This document shows positions 9,233 through 19,812 of a DNA stretch of 64,000 nt, piece after piece. The stretch lies in NCBI GenBank assembly GCA_038205395.1, contig JBBRBX010000012.1, positions 3,298 through 67,297 of the forward strand. Reading direction: 5' to 3'. The position numbers were made by a program, and so were the translations under genes. Source of the stretch: Caldilineales bacterium (GTDB lineage: Bacteria; Chloroflexota; Anaerolineae; Caldilineales; Caldilineaceae). Below the pieces are notes generated by a model. The model had not been told where the DNA came from and did no database searches. It saw only the letters and a list, made by a program, of their open reading frames with translations. Position 1 is the first letter of the stretch; each line of letters opens with the position of its first letter.

Positions 9233-10381
9233 ATGGCGGCGAATCTTGCCGAGCAGCAGCAAGTAGTCGATCTGTGTATCCAAGTTCAACAAATTGCCGC
9301 GCCCACTGGGCAAGAAAGCGAGCGTGCCCGCTGGGTGGCGGAGTGGCTGCGCCAGCGCGGCTACTCGGATGTACTGCATGACGACTATGATAATGTGTAT
9401 GCGTGTCTGCGCGGCCGGCAGCACAAGCCGGCACTGCTGATCAGCGCACACACGGACACGGTCTTTCCTGCCGGCGTCAATTTGGCCATCCGCTATGATG
9501 AAGAGCAACGCTGCATCTATGGCCCCGGGCTGGGCGACAATTCGACCGGTGTGGCCGCTTTGCTGTGGCTGGCTGCAGAGCTGCACGGCCAGGAGCCGCC
9601 CCCTGTCGATATTTGGTTTGTCGCCAACGCAGGCGAAGAGGGCAACGGCAACTTGCGCGGTATGCGCGCCGCAGTCGATCGTCTCCAAAATGTACTGGGT
9701 GCGGCGATTGTCATTGAGGGGATGGGGCTGCAGCGTGTCGTCAGCCGTGCGCTGGGTTCGCGGCGCTTCCGTATCGCTGTCCATGCCCCTGGCGGCCACA
9801 GTTGGAGCGATTTTGGCGTCGCCAGCGCTGTGCATGTGCTGGTCAACCTGGCCTCGGAACTCACCCGGCTGCGCCCGCCCGCTGCCCCGCGCACAACCTT
9901 TAATGTGGGCGTCATCAGCGGCGGCACGTCCATCAACACGATTGCGCAGTATGCGGAGTTGGAACTTGACCTGCGCAGCGAAGAACCGGCGGCGCTCGAA
10001 CTGCTGGTCAATCAGGTGGAGCAGATTGTCCAGCGCTACCAGACCCCGCGCTGGCGCCAGGCCGGTGTGATCGTCGATGCGGAGCTGATTGGCGACCGGC
10101 CTGCTGGCGGCATACCTGCCGATCACCCGCTGGTGCAGGCGGCCGTCCAGTCATTGATTGGGGTGGGGGTGCAGCCGCAGGTTGCCAATCGCATCAGCAG
10201 CACCGATGCCAATGTGCCGCTGAGCCGCAACATTCCTGCTGTTTGTATCGGCATCACCGATGGCGGCAACGCCCACCGCCTGGATGAGTGGATTACAGCG
10301 GATTTTCTTTCACAGGGAATGCAGCATTTGCGCACCTTGACAGACTGGGCGGCAAAGTGGTTGGCTGCTGCTTCCGCTTAA
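9233..10381 (+). CDS. M20-family metallopeptidase/amidohydrolase
   Basis: ISAHTDTVFP metal-ligand region, GLGDNSTGVAAL, and a lid/dimerisation-domain segment FNVGVISGGTSINTIAQYAELELDLRS. The ATG at 9233 lies downstream of the T-box terminator; the track start at 9125 would read through the terminator. Confidence 0.88.
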   Translation: MAANLAEQQQVVDLCIQVQQIAAPTGQESERARWVAEWLRQRGYSDVLHDDYDNVYACLRGRQHKPALLISAHTDTVFPAGVNLAIRYDEEQRCIYGPGLGDNSTGVAALLWLAAELHGQEPPPVDIWFVANAGEEGNGNLRGMRAAVDRLQNVLGAAIVIEGMGLQRVVSRALGSRRFRIAVHAPGGHSWSDFGVASAVHVLVNLASELTRLRPPAAPRTTFNVGVISGGTSINTIAQYAELELDLRSEEPAALELLVNQVEQIVQRYQTPRWRQAGVIVDAELIGDRPAGGIPADHPLVQAAVQSLIGVGVQPQVANRISSTDANVPLSRNIPAVCIGITDGGNAHRLDEWITADFLSQGMQHLRTLTDWAAKWLAAASA

Positions 10382-10387
10382 CCGCGT

Positions 10388-10786
10388 CTAGCGGATCAGA
10401 TTGGCCATCCATTCGCCCAACTGGTCGATAAAGCTGATGGCGCCGATGCCGCGTTCCGTCCAGGGAATGGGCATGGAATCTACAGGATGCTGATCTGGAT
10501 AGCCGGCATTGCGAGGGTCGAGGAGGTCACAAGCCAGCGGCACGCCGGCTCTACATAAGAGATATTCAGCCCAGACTGCCTGTCTTTGCTTGACCAAAAA
10601 GGAGCGACGTTCGCCGTCAATCCGGCGGCCCCAGACCCGAATTCCGTACTGGCGCAGCAGCTTTTCAACTCGGTAGCCGTTAAAGGCGGAGGTGGCGTAA
10701 AAGGAAAAGCGGTGCATAGGCCCAAATTGCAGACGCCCCCACAGGGCATCAACAGGGCTTAGGATGTCAATGTTGGGTAAGTTCAT
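10388..10786 (-). CDS. Hypothetical protein
   Basis: 132-aa ORF convergent with the M20 gene. It has balanced composition, unlike the Arg/Ala-rich shadow ORFs. No family recognised. Confidence 0.55.
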   Translation of the reverse strand: MNLPNIDILSPVDALWGRLQFGPMHRFSFYATSAFNGYRVEKLLRQYGIRVWGRRIDGERRSFLVKQRQAVWAEYLLCRAGVPLACDLLDPRNAGYPDQHPVDSMPIPWTERGIGAISFIDQLGEWMANLIR

Positions 10787-10924
10787 TGTTCACCTCAGGA
10801 CAAAGGAGGGCATAGAACAAACGTTCTTTGTATAGTACAGCCGTATCGACAGCAAGTCAATCTGTGAACCGTTCAAATAACAACTGTCACCGTTTGGAGG
10901 CTTGGAGAACCCGAGAGCCATCAT

Positions 10925-11347
10925 ATGGATACATCAAATACTTCATTTAATCTTGCAACACTGGCATTGTTGGTTATTGGACTGTTTGTCGTCGTATCGG
11001 TGTTTACGCTGCTGCGCTACTTTTTGGGCTTTGGTGGCAGGGGCAGCCCGCTGGAGTTCAATGCCTATGCCAGAATTGAAGCGGCGCAGAAGCCGGAGGA
11101 TCTACTAAGGGCGCAGCGTGCATATCGCAAGGAGCGTTTTCTGACATTTTTGGTTGTCGTTCTGGTGGTGTGGGGTGGTCTGCGCGGAGTTGCACGGGCT
11201 GAGATGGATACGGCGCAGGAAGCGCTGTACGATGCTGTTGCGCTCACTGTGCAGGCGGCGCAGGACAGCACGGTCTCTGTGCTGGAAGCGCTAGGCGTGG
11301 GCAGCAATTGCTGCGACTGTGCCACCGGCGCCTGTGTGCGCAAGTAG
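10925..11347 (+). CDS. Hypothetical membrane protein
   Basis: 140-aa ORF with two predicted TM helices and a Cys-rich C-terminus (NCCDCATGACVRK). Confidence 0.5.
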   Translation: MDTSNTSFNLATLALLVIGLFVVVSVFTLLRYFLGFGGRGSPLEFNAYARIEAAQKPEDLLRAQRAYRKERFLTFLVVVLVVWGGLRGVARAEMDTAQEALYDAVALTVQAAQDSTVSVLEALGVGSNCCDCATGACVRK

Positions 11348-11410
11348 AATTTATGCCTGATTCGATATCGGTTGGGCTGTAAGCAATGAAGTGTGTAAAG
11401 GAGAAGTAGG

Positions 11411-13240
<1,830 letters not shown>

Positions 13241-13328
13241 TAGCTGTGAAAGAGTGGGGGGGGCAGCCGCTTCCCCTCGCTCTTGTTGTGAGATCTGTTC
13301 AGCTCTGGGGAAAAATTTGCATAAAAAC

Positions 13329-13358
13329 TTGACGCAAAGCCCAAGCGGGTGATATACT
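13329..13358 (+). promoter_or_regulatory. Sigma-70-like promoter upstream of infC
   Basis: TTGACG (13329-13334), an 18-nt spacer, then TATACT (13353-13358). Confidence 0.5.
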
Positions 13359-13468
13359 GATGGCCTGAACTGCGTAGACATCAACCTCGTGTTATGGTAG
13401 GTTCAATGGCGTAGATTGTCTGGCTGCACCGTGCAACCGGACGACAACAATTTAAGGAGAGTATACCT

Positions 13469-14026
<558 letters not shown>

Positions 14027-14090
14027 CTTTGTTTAGTGCAGCCTTCAAACCGTGTGCTGCGCTCTATTTTAGAAACAGTTCAATGTTGCT

Positions 14091-14117
14091 GGCCGGCAGG
14101 CGGTTGCCGGCCTTTTT
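14091..14117 (+). terminator. Intrinsic terminator after infC
   Basis: GGCCGGCA-GGCGGT-TGCCGGCC (8-bp GC-rich stem) followed by TTTTTGTT. Confidence 0.7.
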
Positions 14118-14134
14118 GTTGCCAGTATCAGTCA

Positions 14135-17100
14135 CTAGTACGGCTTTAGCGGCTTTACCTGCTGCAGCGCACCCACCAACTCATTGATACGGATAGGCTT
14201 CGTCACATAGCCGTCCATGCCGCTGGCCAAACATTCGGTTTGATAGCCAACAATAGCGTCGGCCGTCAGTGCAATGATGTGCGGCTGGTGTTGCGGCGGC
14301 AGTTCTGCGCGGATGCGCCTGGTAGCGTCGATGCCATTCATTTCCGGCATCTGTACATCCATCAAAATGACGTCATATCGCTTGTTGCGCAGCGCTGCCA
14401 AAACGGCAAGTCCATTTTCGGCCAGGTCAGCTTGATATCCTAAGCGTTGGAGGATGCGCAGTGCAACTCTTTGGTTGATGACATTATCTTCGGCCAATAG
14501 AATTTGCAGCGGCGTTTCCGTCGCGGCGAGCTTTTCAAACTGCGACTGCTGCTTCTGCTCGGCCTGCACGCCATCTATCGCTGTGCCAAGTGCTTGCACC
14601 AGCGCCTCATAGAGTTGGGCGGCTTTAACCGGTTTGCTCAATACCCGTGCCGGCTTGAGCAGCTTTATGCGCTCGTGTGAATGTGTTTCGCCCGACGAAC
14701 TCAACAGGATAAGGGGCAGATTTTCTCCTGCCGGCTGTTGGCGTAACTGCTGCGCCAGTTCAATTCCGTCCATGTGGGGCATCAGCCCGTCCAACACGGC
14801 AGCATCAAACAAATGCCCTTCCGTTACTGCCGCCAGCGCCTCGCCCCCTGACTGATAAGTAGTCACATTTGCTCCCCAACGCTGGATCTGGTGCATCAAA
14901 ATCGTCAGGTTGGTCTGGTTGTCGTCAACGATTAACACCTGTTTCTCGGTTAACAGCGGATAGGGACGGCTGTCCTGCGGATCAGCCGCTTCTTCTGTTG
15001 TGCTATCGGGCAGATCAACCCAGATTTCAAATGAAAATGTTGAACCGATCCCTACTTTGCTCTCAACCTGCAGCTTGCCTTCCATCATCTCCACCAGCCG
15101 CCGGCTGATGACAAGGCCCAGACCAGTTCCCCCATAGCGGCGCGTCGTAGAACTGTCCACCTGTGAGAAGGTTTGGAACAGGCGGTGCATACGCTCCTGT
15201 GGGATGCCAATCCCCGTATCGCGTATGGCAAAGAGCAATTCTGCACGCTTCCCACTGCGGCGTGCTGTAACCGAAAGAACAACCTCCCCCGACTCTGTAA
15301 ATTTAAGCGCATTTCCCACCAGGTTGACAAGCACCTGGCGCAGGCGCACCTGGTCTCCAATCACGACTGCCGGCGCTGATTCATCCATCTCGCTGACGAG
15401 TTCCAGTTTCTTTTCCGCAGCGCGGCCTGAAAATAGATCGAGCGTATCTTCAACACACTCCTGAAGACGAAATGGCTGCTGCTCCAACTCCATGTGCCCC
15501 GACTCAATTTTAGAAAAATCTAAAATGTCGTTAATAATGGCCATAAGATTTTCGCCGCTGATGCGAATGGTGTTGGCAAACTCCGTCTGCTCTAAATCCA
15601 GCGCAGTGTCGAGCAGCAGGCTTGTCATACCAATTACCGCGTTCATCGGTGTGCGAATCTCATGGCTCATGGTGGCCAAGAAATTTGACTTCGCACGCGT
15701 GGCGGCCTCGGCAGCCTCTTTGGCCTCGCGCAGCTCTAGCTCTACCTTCTTCAACGCAGTAATGTCACGGCTGATGCCGATAATTCCCCAGATTTCGCTC
15801 ACCGAATCATACAGCGGGATCTTTGACGACAACACCCAGCGCCTTTTCCCCTCTGACTCGCGATTGATTACCTCCACACGGTCCAGTTGCGGGACGCCCG
15901 ACCGCATGACGCGCTGCTCATCCGTAAAAAAAGGCAGTGTAGATGCCGTTGAGAAAAAGTCGAAGTCCGTTTTCCCGACCAGTGCGTCCACTCCTGGTGC
16001 CCCTAGTAGGGAAGCATGCGCACTGTTGGCCGTTACATAGCGGCTTGCCGTATCTTTGATACAGATGTAGTCCGGCAAGTTGTCCATCAGTGTCTTGAGC
16101 AGATTGCGCTCGGCGGCCAATTCGTCCTGGATTTGCTTGCGATTCGTCATGTCGATGGCAACCGTCAGCAGGCGCTCATCTTGAGAAAGGGTGGCATCCA
16201 ACAGCTTGTTTACAACCCATAGCCAATGCTGCTTGCCAGTCGCCGCTGCTGCAGGATGCAGTTCTTGGACGTGTGCAGCAGCTGCCGCAAGCGGGGGCGG
16301 CATAGTCTGCTCCAACCAGGGGAGGGCGCCGGCGCCTTGGTGCAGCAGGTCGTCCACAGGGGAGCCGGCGAAATCGGCCAGTGTTTGATTGGCAAAGGTC
16401 AAGCGGCCCCAGCTGTCGCGCACGGCAATCAGCGCCGGCACAGCATTGAGCACTGTACGGGTAAACTGCTCTTGATCCGCCAGCCTGTTCTGAATCTGCT
16501 GCCAGGCCAAAGCCGCACCTAAATTCATGGCCAGCGTGCGCAGCACCGCATGTAGATGATCCGGCCATGGGCGCTCGTCAATGCAGTTGTCAAAGCCCAC
16601 CAGCCCCCAAAAAGTGTCCTGCACGGTAATCGGCACCAGCAGAATAGATTTGATAGCCTGGGGTTCCAGAATAGCGCGCTCGGAGGCAGGCAGGGAACTG
16701 ACGGCTCCTGCTATTGGTTCGCAGCGCGCCAACTGTTCGTGCCAGCGCGCCAGCGCCGGATAATAAGCCAGGTGCTGCATGGAGGGATCATGGAGAAACG
16801 GTTTTATGTTGTGATTGACCCATTCATAGCGCTGGCTGCAGGTCAATCCTTCTTTGTCGGGCAAGGCATCTATTTCCGCCAGGCTGAGCTGCTGGTCATT
16901 TTCGAAAATATAAATGCGCGATATGCCAGTAGCCGCACCTAATGTGCTGAGCGCCTGATTCACGCCGGTTGAGAAATCTGTGGCTGCTGCCAACTGTGCG
17001 GTAGCTTGGGCCAAAGCCTGAAATAGCTGATCGCTGCGCTGCGTTTTGTCCTGTGCCACATCGGCATGGCGCCATACCAGCCATTCGGGCAGGAGCAGCC

Positions 17101-17365
17101 CCGCTGCCAGCCCTCCCACGGTGATGAAGCCCATGGATGGGGACGGCGCCGTCACGAAAATTGCCAAGATGGCTGCCGCTTCAATGCCATAGAGCGCCGC
17201 TCGCATGCGGCGTGACAGCAAGGGAGTGGTAATAAGCAAGGGCGCCACGAGCGCAAGCAGCCAGACGGCCAGCGGCGTCACCTGACCGGCGGCAAGCAGC
17301 GTGACACCGGCCGCCCACAACCCATAAAGAACAATATTGCTTACATCCCGCTGTGTCATGGGCAA
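14135..17365 (-). CDS. Hybrid sensor histidine kinase (TM-GAF-PAS-HisKA-HATPase-REC-REC)
   Basis: N-terminal TM helices, H-box MSHEIRTPMNAVIGM, G-boxes (DTGIGI, GGTGLGLVISRRL), and two receiver domains (VLIVDDNQTNL...; ILLAEDNVINQ...DVILMDVQMPEMNG). Confidence 0.92.
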   Translation of the reverse strand: MPMTQRDVSNIVLYGLWAAGVTLLAAGQVTPLAVWLLALVAPLLITTPLLSRRMRAALYGIEAAAILAIFVTAPSPSMGFITVGGLAAGLLLPEWLVWRHADVAQDKTQRSDQLFQALAQATAQLAAATDFSTGVNQALSTLGAATGISRIYIFENDQQLSLAEIDALPDKEGLTCSQRYEWVNHNIKPFLHDPSMQHLAYYPALARWHEQLARCEPIAGAVSSLPASERAILEPQAIKSILLVPITVQDTFWGLVGFDNCIDERPWPDHLHAVLRTLAMNLGAALAWQQIQNRLADQEQFTRTVLNAVPALIAVRDSWGRLTFANQTLADFAGSPVDDLLHQGAGALPWLEQTMPPPLAAAAAHVQELHPAAAATGKQHWLWVVNKLLDATLSQDERLLTVAIDMTNRKQIQDELAAERNLLKTLMDNLPDYICIKDTASRYVTANSAHASLLGAPGVDALVGKTDFDFFSTASTLPFFTDEQRVMRSGVPQLDRVEVINRESEGKRRWVLSSKIPLYDSVSEIWGIIGISRDITALKKVELELREAKEAAEAATRAKSNFLATMSHEIRTPMNAVIGMTSLLLDTALDLEQTEFANTIRISGENLMAIINDILDFSKIESGHMELEQQPFRLQECVEDTLDLFSGRAAEKKLELVSEMDESAPAVVIGDQVRLRQVLVNLVGNALKFTESGEVVLSVTARRSGKRAELLFAIRDTGIGIPQERMHRLFQTFSQVDSSTTRRYGGTGLGLVISRRLVEMMEGKLQVESKVGIGSTFSFEIWVDLPDSTTEEAADPQDSRPYPLLTEKQVLIVDDNQTNLTILMHQIQRWGANVTTYQSGGEALAAVTEGHLFDAAVLDGLMPHMDGIELAQQLRQQPAGENLPLILLSSSGETHSHERIKLLKPARVLSKPVKAAQLYEALVQALGTAIDGVQAEQKQQSQFEKLAATETPLQILLAEDNVINQRVALRILQRLGYQADLAENGLAVLAALRNKRYDVILMDVQMPEMNGIDATRRIRAELPPQHQPHIIALTADAIVGYQTECLASGMDGYVTKPIRINELVGALQQVKPLKPY

Positions 17366-17645
17366 GGCTCAGGGAGGTGCAGTTGGAGTTGGCCGACACA
17401 CATTCATTTTTACACTCTGTTCATTTTAGCATTACACTAACACAAAGTCATGGATACTTTGTCTTATGCTATAATGATAAATGTAAGCTATTCGTAGGGA
17501 TTTGGCAACTGTAGCAACTGTTGGTTACTTTTGGACAACCGGAGATGCGGCTGCATTTTGCTCTGTGTAGGCTCGGATATTCTTGCAGTTCAAAAAATTC
17601 TAGTCTCACAACAACTGCGGTTTAGAGAACCGATGGAGAAACAAC

Positions 17646-18056
17646 GTGTTAAAAGGAAACCAACTAAGTCCGCCGGCAGTGGAGTTGGTCGTGTTGGTTG
17701 CTGAAGACAATACGCTAAATCAAAAAATTATTGCCCGCATGGTGCGGGGGCTTGGCTGCACAGTAGACACCGTCGACAACGGGCTGGAGGTGCTGGATGC
17801 CGTGCAGCGCCGCCGGTATGATGTTGTGCTGATGGATATTCGTATGCCCGGTATGAACGGGCTGGAGGCGACGCGCTTGATCCGTGAGCGGCTGCCCGCC
17901 GAAGATCAGCCCCACATCTACGCCTTGACCGCCGGGATTGCGCCGGATGAGCGGCAGGCTTGCTTTGACGCCGGCATGGAAGGATTCGTCGCCAAGCCCG
18001 TCGTCCTTGAGCAGTTGGCCCTGCTCTTTGCCTCTTATACCGCGAAAGACATTTAG
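17646..18056 (+). CDS. Single-domain response regulator (receiver only)
   Basis: VLVAEDNTLNQKI...YDVVLMDIRMPGMNG...AKP receiver motifs. GTG start with a GGAGA SD. Divergent from the hybrid kinase. Confidence 0.88.
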   Translation: MLKGNQLSPPAVELVVLVAEDNTLNQKIIARMVRGLGCTVDTVDNGLEVLDAVQRRRYDVVLMDIRMPGMNGLEATRLIRERLPAEDQPHIYALTAGIAPDERQACFDAGMEGFVAKPVVLEQLALLFASYTAKDI

Positions 18057-18063
18057 CGTACAG

Positions 18064-18114
18064 AACAAAAGCAAAGGCGGCAACGGAGATCCCGTTGCCG
18101 CCTTTGCTTTTGTT
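18064..18114. terminator. 23-bp perfect hairpin, bidirectional terminator
   Basis: AACAAAAGCAAAGGCGGCAACGG-AGATC-CCGTTGCCGCCTTTGCTTTTGTT has A/T-rich flanks in both orientations. It lies between the response regulator (+) and tRNA-Gln (-). Confidence 0.8.
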
Positions 18115-18135
18115 CCTAGATTCCGAAAAACAGTA

Positions 18136-18207
18136 CTGGGGGACAGGGATTCGAACCCCAATTGTCTGATCCAGAGTCAGATGTTCTGCCGATTAAACTA
18201 TCCCCCA
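18136..18207 (-). tRNA. tRNA-Gln (anticodon CTG)
   Basis: The reverse complement reads TGGGGGA TA GTTTAATCGGCAGAAC A TCTGA CTCTGGA TCAGA ... GGGGTTCGAATCCC TGTCCCCCA G. This gives a 7-bp acceptor stem, anticodon loop CU-CUG-GA, T-loop TTCGAAT, and discriminator G as expected for Gln. Confidence 0.92.
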
Positions 18208-18230
18208 ACGCATCCGCTTAACGAGTAGGC

Positions 18231-18259
18231 AGTATACGCCAGCCAGGGCGTTTGGGCAA
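18231..18259 (-). promoter_or_regulatory. Sigma-70-like promoter for tRNA-Gln
   Basis: On the minus strand: TTGCCC (18259-18254), a 17-nt spacer, then TATACT (18236-18231), about 25 nt upstream of the tRNA 5' end. Confidence 0.45.
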
Positions 18260-18306
18260 ATTTCAGCCCCTGATAGCTGGTCTTTTATCTGCATTCTGCC
18301 GCCGCT

Positions 18307-19812
18307 CTAAACTGCCGCCCGCGCATAGCTTTCCAGCACCGCCTGCGCCTTGGCCACACGCCGCACGCTTTCCTCCCGCCCCAATACCACCATACTTTCA
18401 AACAGCGGCGGCGATACGGTTTTGCCGGTGATGGCTACGCGGAAAGGCGCCAAAAAGCTGCCGATTTTGACCCCCATTGTCTCCGCCTGCGCCCGAAAGG
18501 CCTCTTCTAAATTGTGCAGCGTAAATGGCTCAACGCTCTGCAGCAGGGCGGCCCCGGCCTTGAGTACGGCAACACTCTCTGCTGCCGTCAGCTTTTTGCC
18601 TACCAATTTCGCCGGATCACTGTAGATGATTTCTTCGGAAAAGGCCCAATCGATCAGCGGCGCAGCCTCGGTCAACAGCTTGATCCGCTCTTGGATCAAC
18701 GGGATGAGATGGTCAAAGCGCTGGTCTGCCGCCAGCACCGCTTCATCGATGCCTAAGGCCGCAGCGACAAACGGCAGCAGATGCGCTTTGAGGTCAGCCG
18801 GCGCCAGAGAACGAATATAGATGCCGTTGAGCCACTCCAGCTTTTTGTAGTCCAGCGCCGTGGCCTTGGCCGAGATGTCTTTGACGTCAAAACGGGCGAC
18901 CGCCTCCGCGCGTGTAAAAATATCGCGCTCGCCGTCAAAGCTCCAGCCGGTATTGGCCAGAAAATTGAACACTGCTTCCGGCAGATAGCCTTCCTGTATA
19001 AAGTCGCTGACGAAAACCGGCATTTCACGCCCATCCACTACCGGCTTGCGCTTGCTCATCTTGCCCTTGCCGCTGGGATCCAAGATGATCGGCAGATGTA
19101 CAAACACCGGCTTTTCCCAGCCCAGGGCCGCATAAATCAGCACATGCAGCGGCGCCGACGGCAGCCACTCTTCACCGCGCAACACATGCGTGATCTCCAT
19201 GAGGTGATCGTCTACGACAACCGCTAAATGATAGGTGGGCATGCCGTCGCTCTTCACCAGCACCGGATCGACCGGTATACGCTGATTCTCCACCACGACA
19301 TTGCCGCGCACCGCATCGGCTACCACGGTTGTTCCCGCCAAGGGTACGGCGAAGCGGATGACGTAGGCGCGCCCTTCCGCTTCGAAGGCTGCCCGCTGTG
19401 CAGCCGTCAAGCTGCGGTGGCGGCGATCGTACTCCTTGCCCTGTTTACGCAGTTCTTCCAATTCCGTTTCGCTGGTATAGCAGCGATAGGCATGGCCTGC
19501 ATCCACCAACTGCTGGGCGTATGTGGCGTAAAACGCCTTGCGCTCGCTCTGCACATAGGGGCCGAATGGGCCGCCGCAATCCGGCCCTTCGTCCCAGTCC
19601 AGGCCCAACCAGTGCAAGCCGCGTGTCAGGCTGTTGAGACTTTCCGGGTTGTAGCGCTTTTGATCCGTGTCCTCGATGCGCAGCACAAACTGCCCGCCTG
19701 TGCGCCGGGCGTACAGCCAGTCAAACAAGGCAGTACGCAGACCGCCCAAATGCAGATGGCCTGTGGGGCTGGGGGCAAAACGCACGCGTGCCGGTTTCAG
19801 TTCGTTTGTCAT
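18307..19812 (-). CDS. gltX: Glutamate--tRNA ligase
   Basis: RFAPSPTGHLHLGGLRTALFDW (HIGH), RIEDTDQKR and KMSKRK (KMSKS). The start overlaps the glnS stop (ATGA). Confidence 0.95.
   Translation of the reverse strand: MTNELKPARVRFAPSPTGHLHLGGLRTALFDWLYARRTGGQFVLRIEDTDQKRYNPESLNSLTRGLHWLGLDWDEGPDCGGPFGPYVQSERKAFYATYAQQLVDAGHAYRCYTSETELEELRKQGKEYDRRHRSLTAAQRAAFEAEGRAYVIRFAVPLAGTTVVADAVRGNVVVENQRIPVDPVLVKSDGMPTYHLAVVVDDHLMEITHVLRGEEWLPSAPLHVLIYAALGWEKPVFVHLPIILDPSGKGKMSKRKPVVDGREMPVFVSDFIQEGYLPEAVFNFLANTGWSFDGERDIFTRAEAVARFDVKDISAKATALDYKKLEWLNGIYIRSLAPADLKAHLLPFVAAALGIDEAVLAADQRFDHLIPLIQERIKLLTEAAPLIDWAFSEEIIYSDPAKLVGKKLTAAESVAVLKAGAALLQSVEPFTLHNLEEAFRAQAETMGVKIGSFLAPFRVAITGKTVSPPLFESMVVLGREESVRRVAKAQAVLESYARAAV

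Noticed and set aside
8898-9434. A 178-aa minus-strand ORF and the plus-strand 9125 start that cover the tRNA-Val/M20 intergenic region.
   Set aside because: The region is better explained by the T-box leader. The 9125 start would translate through an intrinsic terminator. The minus-strand ORF is Ala/Pro/Arg-rich with no motifs.
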